Below, piece by piece: positions 11,501 to 19,454 of a DNA stretch of 64,000 nt. Under the pieces are notes generated by a model. The model ran no database searches and was not told where the DNA came from. It was given only the letters and a program-made list of their open reading frames with translations. Both the position numbers and the translations under genes were made by a program. The stretch is from an uncultured Planctomycetaceae bacterium (GTDB lineage Bacteria > Planctomycetota > Planctomycetia > Isosphaerales > Isosphaeraceae): assembly GCA_963833985.1 (NCBI GenBank), contig CAWIAD010000002.1, positions 864,001-928,000 of the forward strand, written 5' to 3'. The stretch's first letter is position 1. The number at the start of each line of letters is the position of its first letter.

Positions 11501-11838
11501 CAGCCGTGCCGATCCAGTGCCCCCGACTCGTGCAGCGCCATGCCCACGTTCAGGCCCGTCTGGCCGCCCAGGGTGGGGAGCACGGCATCTGGCTTCTCGA
11601 CCGCGAGGATCTGCTCAACAGTCTCAGGCGTGATCGGCTCGATGTAGGTGCGGTCGGCCATCTCCGGGTCGGTCATGATCGTGGCCGGGTTCGAATTCAC
11701 CAGCACGACCGTGTAACCTTCCTCGCGGAGGGCCTTGCAGGCCTGGGTCCCTGAGTAGTCAAATTCGCAGGCCTGGCCGATCACGATCGGCCCGGCACCA
11801 ATGATCAGGATCTTCTGGATATCGGTACGCTTGGGCAC
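8565..11838 (-). CDS. carB: Carbamoyl-phosphate synthase large subunit, split by one frameshift near 10585 (probably a sequencing indel)
   Basis: [31 protein letters not shown]-terminus; second half has [15 protein letters not shown] and the MGS domain; ORFs 10564-11838 and 8565-10586 join at DLWGS/RQPSEDE. Confidence 0.95.
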
Positions 11839-12045
11839 GGTGAACGCTCTCGCCTCGGAGCTCGGGCCTCACACTCGCTCGGTGGGCCAACGGCTCCGCG
11901 GCGAGAGTTCTGCAACGAGTTCTGAACAGACATCGGGCCGCGCTCGCCCGCAGAATCCACGGTACGGCGCGGCCCGGAAAATTTCCCGATGATAGCACTC
12001 GAAAGTCACCCTCCACAAGAGCAGGGAACCTGAACAGGACCTTGC

Positions 12046-13785
12046 GGGTGTAAGACGCGGTTCGCGCCGCCCGAGGCCGGTGGTAGCATGTCAAGTCAAG
12101 TTTCCCAAATTGTCCGTCACCGGAAGTCCAAGGAGGGACCTGCTATGCCTTTCCGTAAGTCACCATCGATGGATCGCACCGGGGTCGAGCAGATGGCCAA
12201 AGGGTGGGGGAAAACTGTGGCGCGACGGGTCCACGAAGAAGTTGGGCCTGACCTGGACCTCGATGCCGACGACATGGAACAAATGGCCATGACCGCGGCC
12301 TGTGCCGTGGCCAAGGGAACCATCGAGGAACTCCTGAAGCAGAAAGCCTCCCTCTTGGGGGCCGAGCAGCCTTGTCCCAACTGCAAGCGGCTCTGTCCGG
12401 TGCAACGCAACGATCGAACCATTGAATTCTGGGGAGGCAAGGTCACCTACGCCGAACCGAAGTGCCACTGCCCGGCATGTCGCCGGGATTTTTTTCCCTC
12501 AGCGTCCGGCCTTGCGCCTCACGCCACATGACTACAGCCCTTCGGTGCTGCGCAAGATCGTCCGTTGCGGTGCCCGGGAGCCCTCCTTCCGGGAGGCGGC
12601 CGAGGCGATGGCGGAATTGGCCGAGGTGACCATCGGCAGTCGGCAGATCGGCCGCATCGCCCAGGAGGTCGGCCAACAATTGCAGGCCGAGAGAGATCAG
12701 CATGTGAGCGAACTTCAAGCCCATAAGCTCGAGCCGCGAGTCGAGACACGGCCGGCTCTGGCAGTGGTCGAGGTTGACGGCGGCCGGCTGCAGATTCGCG
12801 GCCAGGGGGAAGGGCCCGGTGCCCATGATGCGTCCTGGCGTGAGGACAAGATCGCGATTCTGGCCACCATGGCCAATGTCGTCTCGGACTGCGACCCGGA
12901 GCCGGAGTTGCCCGCCTGCTACCGCGACCGGGGATACGTCGAGAAGCTTGTCGGCGGGATCAGCGGGGCGAGCTCGATGGGCCTACAGGAGGCCCCGGCG
13001 GAGAACATCGACGAAGCATCTCTGCCGTCCCCCGGGGATCGGTCCGAGCCGAGGGAAAGGCCCGAACTGGTGGTGCGGACTTACGTGGCGAGCACCTGCT
13101 CCAGCGAGCAATTCGGGCCGATGGTGGCCGCGGAGGCGTGGCGACGCAATCTCATGAAAGCGGCTCATCGGGCGTTCCTGGGGGACGGCTCGGCCTGGAT
13201 CTGGAAATTGCAGCAACGGCATTTTCCGACCTTTCTGGCCATCGTTGATTTTCTCCACGCCCTGGGTCACCTGTTCGCGGCCGCCAAGGCTGCGGCGATC
13301 GAGACCGAAGGCCGCTGGGAGTTGTTCCAGGCATGGGCGGAGGCCTGCTGGAAGGGACGCGTGGGCCAGGTGATTGAGGAACTCCGTACCCTGCGAGATG
13401 CCCAGGCGTCCTTATCCGGAGACGAGCTCGAACGGCTGGCCGACGATGACCCGCGCAAGATCATCGCCCAAGAACTCGGCTACCTGGAGCATAATCGAGA
13501 GCGGATGGACTACCCTGCTTATCGACGCGGGGGATTGCCGTGGACGAGCAGTCACGTGGAGTCGACCGTGAAGATCTTCAACCGGCGGGTCAAGGGGTCG
13601 GAGAAATTCTGGAGCGACGCCGGTGCCGAGACGATGCTTCAGCTTCGAGCGTCGTTCCTCTCGGAGGACGGACGCCTGGATCGGTACCTCAAAGAGAGGC
13701 CCAGCAGCCCCTTCCGCAACTATAAAGCCAGGGAAACTGGGAAAGCGGCGTAGGACCTCAGAAAAACGAACCGTGTCTTACACCC
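12046..13785 (+). mobile_element. Complete ISKra4-family (IS256/Mutator-like) insertion sequence, 1740 bp
   Basis: IRL GGGTGTAAGACGCGGTTCG (12046-12064) matches the reverse complement of IRR (13767-13785) at 18/19; 9-bp direct repeat GGACCTTGC at 12037-12045 and 13786-13794. Confidence 0.92.
12145..13753 (+). CDS. ISKra4-like DDE transposase in two frames (orfA 12145-12531, orfB to 13753), joined at a T7 run
   Basis: GGAGG SD before ATG 12145; CPNC/CPAC zinc ribbon; EVDGG, LGDGSAWIW, VDFLHA, SHVES catalytic motifs; frame change at GAT TTT TTT CCC. Confidence 0.88.
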
Positions 13786-13843
13786 GGACCTTGCAGAGGC
13801 ACGCTGGTGATGGACCAGTGTCTGGCTTGATCCGTGAGCGGAT

Positions 13844-15445
13844 TCACTCGCCAAGATGCACTTCGCCTTCCGCAACCGACGGCTTCATCAGGAATGTCAG
13901 GGGAACGATTGCCAGCGCGATCAGCGTGAACACCCAGAAGCAATCGAGGAAGGCCTGTGCGTAGGCCTGCTGGTCGCGGATCAGCCGCAGCGCGCGCAGG
14001 CTCATCAACTGGCCACGCGCCGGATCACCGGTCACCTGGGTGAAGAAGCGACCTGTTGTCTCCAGGGCATTGGTCACAGTGGCACTGAGCGGTTGAAGGC
14101 TCTCCGTCAGCCGGAACGAGTGGAACTGAAGCCGGCGCTGGAGCACGGCCGTGGAGAGCCCGATGCCCACGCTCGAGCCTTCATTGCGAAGCATGTTGAA
14201 CAGACCGCTGGCGTTGTTCATCTCCGTCCTGGGCAAGTACAGCACGGAGGCAGCAGCCAGAGGCGCGAACATCAGCCCGGCGCCGGCCATCTGCACCACC
14301 CGGGGCCATACCAGCTGGAGCGGTCCGGCTTGAAGATTGAGCGTCACCAGTTGATAAGACCCGAGCGCCATGATGGCTGCTCCTGCGGCGATCAGCCATC
14401 GCGCGTCCACCCGCAGCCGCAAGATCACGGCGCTGGCGATCATCGTGATCATCGAGAACAGGCCGGCCGGCGAGAGCACCAGTCCTGCGTTGGTCGCGTC
14501 ATAGTGCATCAGACCCTGCATCATCTGCGGCAAGAGCAAGATGCTCCCGTAGAGCACGGCATAGGTAGAGGCGATGATCACGCAGCCGACGAAGAAGCTG
14601 CGGTCGCGCATGAGCCGCAAATTGATGAACGGCTCCGGGTGGCGCAGCTCCCAGATCAGGCCGCCGATCAGGCCGATCATGGTGAGCGCTACCATTACGC
14701 CGATCGCTCGAGAGCCGAACCAGTCCCATTCCTGGCCCTTGTCCAGAACCACTTCCAGGCATCCCAGGCCCAGGGCAATCAGCCCGATGCCCACGTAATC
14801 GATGCGCAGGCCGCGACCGAGCCGTGCGAGGCGCTCACGCTTCAGGTAGTCGGGATCCTCCACCAGCAGCGCGTTCAGGATGAGCGAGAGCAAGCCCGCC
14901 GGAATGTTGATGTAGAAGATCCACCGCCAGGAGTAGTTGTCGGTGATCCAGCCGCCGAGCGTGGGACCAAGCACGGGGGCCGTGAGTGCAGCAACTCCAT
15001 AAACGGCCATACCAGCCGCGCGGCGCTCGGCCGGGAAGGTATCCAGGAGGATGGCCTGGGAGACCGGCTGGAGACCACCGCCGGCAATGCCCTGGATCAC
15101 CCGCCAAAGGATGAGCAAGGGGAGACTTGTAGCCAGCCCGCAGAGCGCCGAGGTGAGCGTGAAGAGGGCCACGCAACCCATGTAGTAGCGCTTCCGGCCC
15201 AGGGCCGTTGAGAGCCAGCTCGAGAGCGGAATGACCATGGCGTTGGCCACCAGGTAGCTGGTCAGCACCCAGTTGGCATCATCAACGCTTGCGCCAAGGT
15301 CTCCCGCGATATGCGGTAGTGCCACGTTGGCGATGCTCGTGTCGAGCACCTCCATGAATGTGGCAATCGTGACGGTCAGCGCGATCAGCCAGGGGTTGGT
15401 CCGGCGTGCGGGAGCGGGAGCAGCAGCCGGCGTGCCATCCATCAC
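13844..15445 (-). CDS. emrB: DHA2 (EmrB/QacA) MFS multidrug efflux permease
   Basis: FMEVLDTSIANVALPHI, WVLTSYLVA, GPTLGGWITDNYSWRWIFYINIP. Confidence 0.92.
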   Translation of the reverse strand: MMDGTPAAAPAPARRTNPWLIALTVTIATFMEVLDTSIANVALPHIAGDLGASVDDANWVLTSYLVANAMVIPLSSWLSTALGRKRYYMGCVALFTLTSALCGLATSLPLLILWRVIQGIAGGGLQPVSQAILLDTFPAERRAAGMAVYGVAALTAPVLGPTLGGWITDNYSWRWIFYINIPAGLLSLILNALLVEDPDYLKRERLARLGRGLRIDYVGIGLIALGLGCLEVVLDKGQEWDWFGSRAIGVMVALTMIGLIGGLIWELRHPEPFINLRLMRDRSFFVGCVIIASTYAVLYGSILLLPQMMQGLMHYDATNAGLVLSPAGLFSMITMIASAVILRLRVDARWLIAAGAAIMALGSYQLVTLNLQAGPLQLVWPRVVQMAGAGLMFAPLAAASVLYLPRTEMNNASGLFNMLRNEGSSVGIGLSTAVLQRRLQFHSFRLTESLQPLSATVTNALETTGRFFTQVTGDPARGQLMSLRALRLIRDQQAYAQAFLDCFWVFTLIALAIVPLTFLMKPSVAEGEVHLGE

Positions 15446-17040
15446 GGCGATCCCTTCACCGTGGCCGTCCCAGGGTTGATCGGTCGCTGTAGCTTCTGTC
15501 CCGCGAACGGGCCGGTTGGGAGCTCGTGGATCTTGACCCGCGGCTCGACCGAGAGGCCGACAAACAGTGGAGCGTCCGGCGGATTGCCATCCACAAGGTC
15601 AATTCGAACCGGCAGCCGCTGAACCACCTTGACGAAATTGCCCGTGGCATTCTCCGGGGGCAGTAGCGCCGTGGCGGCCCCTGTACCCGCACTGAAGCCC
15701 GAGACGCGGCCGCGGTAGGTCCTGTGGGGGTAGGCATCCGCGCGGATCTCCACGGCCTGGCCAATCTCCAGGTCGCTGAGCTGCGTCTCCTTGAAGTTGG
15801 CATCGATCCAGACGTCTTCGAGCGGGTGCAGCGACATGAGCCCCTGCCCGGCGGCAACCCGGCTCCCCCGGTTTGCCAGCCGGCGAGCGATAAAGCCAGC
15901 AAGCTCTGCGTGAATCTTTGTATCACGCAGGTCGAGCTGGGCCTGCTCGAGCGCATGCCGGGCCTGGTTCTGTCCGGCGCGGGCAAGCTGTACGGCCGGT
16001 GATTGCTCGACAAGTTCGTTCAGGTACCTGTCCAGGTTGCCCCCTGGAGCTCGGTTCACGAAGTTGTTGTACACCGTATCCGGATCATCCTCGATGGGCG
16101 GCACCTCCAGCCCAATCTTCACACCGACATTGATGAGCTCCGCCAGAGCGGCACGGACTGCTGGTGCCTTCTTGACCCAGTCCGCCGGCACGGCGTCGAG
16201 CGGCTGGCCCAAGGGTACAGGTGGCAGGCCCAGCGCCGCACGGGCAAGGTGCACCTGCTCGTGTGCCTCGATCTCTGTGGCCGTGGCAACCTGGTACGAG
16301 GCCTCACGCTGATCGACGACCTGCTGGGTGCCGCTGTTGGATTGCAGCAGGTTGCGCGCTCGCCGAAGCTCGGCCTCGGCCAATGTGCGCTGGGCAATCG
16401 CCTTCTCACGCGTGGCTAGACTGGCCTTCAACCTGGCAATTCCCTCGGTCACATGGTCCATGGTCAAGCGCAGGTTGTTGTAGGCTGCGCGGATGCCCGC
16501 GACGATTGCCCGTCCCTGAGACTCGGCCTGCTGGACCTGCGCCCTGGCCACGTCAACGGCAGCGGCCGCACGGTTCACGGCAATCTGATAGGGCTCCGGG
16601 TCAAGCTCGACCAGAAGCTGGCCTTTCTCGACAAAGGCGTTGTCCTCAACCACTACCCGCAGGACCGTGCCGGGAATGCGCGGTGCGATGTGGATCACAT
16701 GCCCTGCCACGTAGGCATCGTCGGTACGAACCGTATGGAGAGTCTCGAGTATCCAGGGCCACAACCAGAACCCGGCGCCTGTCAGGCCACCGCCAAGCAA
16801 GATCAGAATGGCCAGCAGGCGAAGGACGCGCCAGCCGCGCTGTGGCTGTGGCTGACCATGAACAGAAGGTCCCGTCATGGGCTTCTGGGCAGTCGGCAAA
16901 TCAGTCCTGGGCTGCTCACCGGGAGCACGATCCTCAGCGGCATGGACAGGTTGGTCCTGAGCACCGGACACGTCGGGAGGTTTGACATTCAACGGCGGAT
17001 GTTCCCTCAATCCCGTTTGGACGGTCTTCATTCGCAGCAT
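15442..17040 (-). CDS. emrA: HlyD/EmrA membrane fusion protein
   Basis: TDDAYVAG, ANFKETQL, LLPPENATGNFVKVVQRLPV; 4-bp overlap with emrB. Confidence 0.9.
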   Translation of the reverse strand: MLRMKTVQTGLREHPPLNVKPPDVSGAQDQPVHAAEDRAPGEQPRTDLPTAQKPMTGPSVHGQPQPQRGWRVLRLLAILILLGGGLTGAGFWLWPWILETLHTVRTDDAYVAGHVIHIAPRIPGTVLRVVVEDNAFVEKGQLLVELDPEPYQIAVNRAAAAVDVARAQVQQAESQGRAIVAGIRAAYNNLRLTMDHVTEGIARLKASLATREKAIAQRTLAEAELRRARNLLQSNSGTQQVVDQREASYQVATATEIEAHEQVHLARAALGLPPVPLGQPLDAVPADWVKKAPAVRAALAELINVGVKIGLEVPPIEDDPDTVYNNFVNRAPGGNLDRYLNELVEQSPAVQLARAGQNQARHALEQAQLDLRDTKIHAELAGFIARRLANRGSRVAAGQGLMSLHPLEDVWIDANFKETQLSDLEIGQAVEIRADAYPHRTYRGRVSGFSAGTGAATALLPPENATGNFVKVVQRLPVRIDLVDGNPPDAPLFVGLSVEPRVKIHELPTGPFAGQKLQRPINPGTATVKGSP

Positions 17041-17281
17041 ATCAGAACAGTGGCCGTGGAGCAGGCCGTACGCTGCACAGGCCTTTCCCTGAACTTTAAC
17101 CGGCTACTCGAGCAGGGGCAACCCGCGTGTATGGGCCAGCCGCTTGCGTGCTGTCACGGGCTGGAACCGGTGTTGCGCGTCATATCTGACAGGCAACATT
17201 CGTGATAGGATGCGGTTCTTGACCTAGGTAAGCCCTCTGGCTGCAAGCGGCCAGACCTGAACCACAGGATGGAGGATCACA

Positions 17282-17878
17282 ATGAGCGCGGGTGCAGAAT
17301 TCGGTGACATTCGGCGCGTCCTGCGACATGAACTGGAAGCGATCCGAGGCCAGTGGGTCTGGCTCCTGGTGCTGGGGATCGTGCTCGTGATCCTGGGCAC
17401 CATCGCGATCGGCATGCCCTTGCTCACGACCCTCGCCACTGCGGTGACGATCGGGATCGTGCTACTGATCGGCGGTGGCGCTCAGCTTGTGGGTGCGTTC
17501 TGGACCCGTGAATGGAGTGGGTTCTTCCTGATGCTCCTGATGGGCGTGCTCTACATCGTCCTGGGGATCCTGTTCATCCGCCAGCCGCTAGAAGCCGCAG
17601 AGGCGCTGACTCTGCTCATCGCCTGCATGCTCATGGTCAGTGGCGCGTTCCGGATCGTTGGCTCACTGATGCATCGATTCAGCCACTGGGGCTGGGTCTT
17701 TGTCGGCGGTCTTCTTAACCTTGTCCTGGGCATCATGATCTGGCTGCAACTACCATTCTCCGGCTTCTGGGTGATCGGCGTCTTTGTCGGGATCGACATG
17801 CTCTTCACCGGCTGGACCTGGATCATGCTGGCGCTGCGGCTGAGGCGTTTGCCAAAGCCTGGCGCGGTAACCGTATGA
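17282..17878 (+). CDS. HdeD/DUF308 family membrane protein
   Basis: GGAGG SD; WLLVLGIVLVILG and WVIGVFVGIDMLFTGW motifs; about six TM helices. Confidence 0.85.
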   Translation: MSAGAEFGDIRRVLRHELEAIRGQWVWLLVLGIVLVILGTIAIGMPLLTTLATAVTIGIVLLIGGGAQLVGAFWTREWSGFFLMLLMGVLYIVLGILFIRQPLEAAEALTLLIACMLMVSGAFRIVGSLMHRFSHWGWVFVGGLLNLVLGIMIWLQLPFSGFWVIGVFVGIDMLFTGWTWIMLALRLRRLPKPGAVTV

Positions 17879-17941
17879 TCGGAAGCCTGCGCCCCAGCCA
17901 GTGCCTGACGGGCTCGGATCGACAATCGTTCAACAACCAGC

Positions 17942-17970
17942 TTGACTTGCGCCCACGCGCGCTCCATGCT
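17942..17970 (+). promoter_or_regulatory. Putative sigma70-type promoter
   Basis: TTGACT-17 bp-CATGCT upstream of the small membrane protein gene. Confidence 0.4.
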
Positions 17971-18140
17971 CAGGATGGCTCGTCCGCCCAAGGTGGGCGG
18001 AACGACAAAGGTCAGGGTGGCCCCACGTGCCAGCCAGTTCACCGCGGTCCGGCCAGAGAGCAGCCGGATCAGAGCGGCGGGCGGTCAAGCATGGACGGGG
18101 CCTTTTGCATGCGCGTCAGTCCATGCGGAAAGGCACTACG

Positions 18141-18350
18141 ATGGACAATCATCAACTGACGGAAGCCGGCAGCAAGATTGCCAGCCACCTGCTGGCCGTG
18201 ATCGCGGGCGTGTGCATGATCCTGGTGGGGCTGCTCCTCAGCGTGTCGATGGTGGGCCTGCCGCTGGGGATCCCGATCGGCATTGCTGGCTTGCTGATCG
18301 GTCTCTGGGGCCTTTTCGGCAGAGCAACCCGGAAGCCAGCAACGCCGTAG
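18141..18350 (+). CDS. Small two-TM membrane protein (69 aa)
   Basis: GAAAGG upstream of ATG 18141; hydrophobic hairpin with a GLPLGIP turn. Confidence 0.7.
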   Translation: MDNHQLTEAGSKIASHLLAVIAGVCMILVGLLLSVSMVGLPLGIPIGIAGLLIGLWGLFGRATRKPATP

Positions 18351-18421
18351 GGCCTCAGGGCCACGGGCTGGCCTTGGACGGCAAACGGCTGAAGGTTCCC
18401 TGCCGACCTGACCACGGACCT

Positions 18422-19429
18422 CTACTTGTAAACCGCCGTACCCGGCAGGGCTTGCTTGAGCTTGTCAATGGCCTGGGGCGTGACCTTGGTGCCGATCAGG
18501 TAGAGCGACTTGAGGCTCTTGATGTCCTTGAGGGCGTCGAGCCCGGCGTCGGTGACATCGGTACGGCTGAGTGCAAGCACCTGGAGGTTCTTGAGCCCCT
18601 TGAGCTGGGCCAGGCCCTTGTCGCTGACCTTGGAGCTGGTCAGGAAGAGCATGGTCAGGCCGCTCAGGCCCTTGAGGTTCTCGAGCGCCGCGTCGGTGAT
18701 TTGCGTGCTCATGAGGGTCAGCGCGCTGAGGCCGGCCAGCTCCTTGAGCGGAGCCAGCGCTGCGTCATTGACCTGGTTGCTGTCGATGTAGACCACCTCG
18801 AGGTTGGGTACGTTCTTCAGCAGTTGCATGGCATCCTTGTCGCCGGCCCATTTCTTGAGGATGTTCACCGTGGCGATGTCCTTGCCGTCCTTGCTCTTGT
18901 CGATGTTCACCGTGGCGCCCAGCTTCTCGAGCTCGAGCGTGGCGATCTTGAGCTTGAGCTGTGCGACCTCCTTGTGAAGGTTCGCGATCTCGGTCTTGAG
19001 CTTTGCCGGATCGTCGGTCGCCGCGGCCGCTGGTGTGGGTTGCGCCTTGGCCTCGGTCTTCTTCTCCTGCGGCTGCGCCTTGGCCTCGGTCTTCTTCTCC
19101 TGCGGCTGCGCCTTGGCCTCGGTCTTCTTCTCCTGCGGCTGCGCCTTGGCCTCGGTCTTCTTCTCCTGCGGCTGCACCTTGGCCTCGGTCTTCTTCTCCT
19201 GCGGCTGCGCCTTGGCCTCGGTCTTCTTCTCCTGCGGCTGCGCCTTGGCCTCGGTCTTCTTCTCCTGCGGCTGCGCCTTGGCCTCGGTCTTCTTCTCCTG
19301 TGGCTTCTGGGTCTGAGCCATGGCCTGGTCCGGAAGTGCGACCAGCGCGACGGTGGCAAGCGTGCCCAGCACGAGTAACACCCCGAGGCTGCGGGGGCGA
19401 GTGGCGCCGGGTTCGGTCCGTGTCATCAT
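18422..19429 (-). CDS. Exported leucine-rich-repeat protein with 11-aa tandem repeats and a coiled coil
   Basis: Signal-peptide-like segment ending QAMA; 8x PQEKKTEAKAQ; 24-aa LRRs (LKGLKNLQVLALSRTDVTDAGL); start chosen at MMTRTE. Confidence 0.85.
   Translation of the reverse strand: MMTRTEPGATRPRSLGVLLVLGTLATVALVALPDQAMAQTQKPQEKKTEAKAQPQEKKTEAKAQPQEKKTEAKAQPQEKKTEAKVQPQEKKTEAKAQPQEKKTEAKAQPQEKKTEAKAQPQEKKTEAKAQPTPAAAATDDPAKLKTEIANLHKEVAQLKLKIATLELEKLGATVNIDKSKDGKDIATVNILKKWAGDKDAMQLLKNVPNLEVVYIDSNQVNDAALAPLKELAGLSALTLMSTQITDAALENLKGLSGLTMLFLTSSKVSDKGLAQLKGLKNLQVLALSRTDVTDAGLDALKDIKSLKSLYLIGTKVTPQAIDKLKQALPGTAVYK
19041..19304. repeat. 33-bp tandem repeat x8 (coding VNTR)
   Basis: Unit TGCGCCTTGGCCTCGGTCTTCTTCTCCTGCGGC, nearly perfect, no spacers. 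Confidence 0.95.
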
Positions 19430-19454
19430 GAGGATGCAACTCCAGGGTTCGGCG

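Noticed and set aside
8565..11838. carB as a naturally split gene or pseudogene
   Set aside because: Single indel with no other decay; similar indels hit essential gyrA, so an assembly error is more parsimonious
12089..12099. Outward-facing IS promoter (TTGACA/TTGACT on the - strand) driving carB
   Set aside because: No plausible -10 element at 16-18 bp spacing
19041..19304. 33-bp repeat array as a CRISPR
   Set aside because: Units are contiguous with no unique spacers, are in-frame coding, and no cas genes are present
17942..19378. 478-aa + strand ORF with LRLRLGLGLLL repeats, and other long antisense ORFs (e.g. 23067-24896, 43033-45030, 46219-47721)
   Set aside because: Antisense shadows of real genes, expected in high-GC DNA
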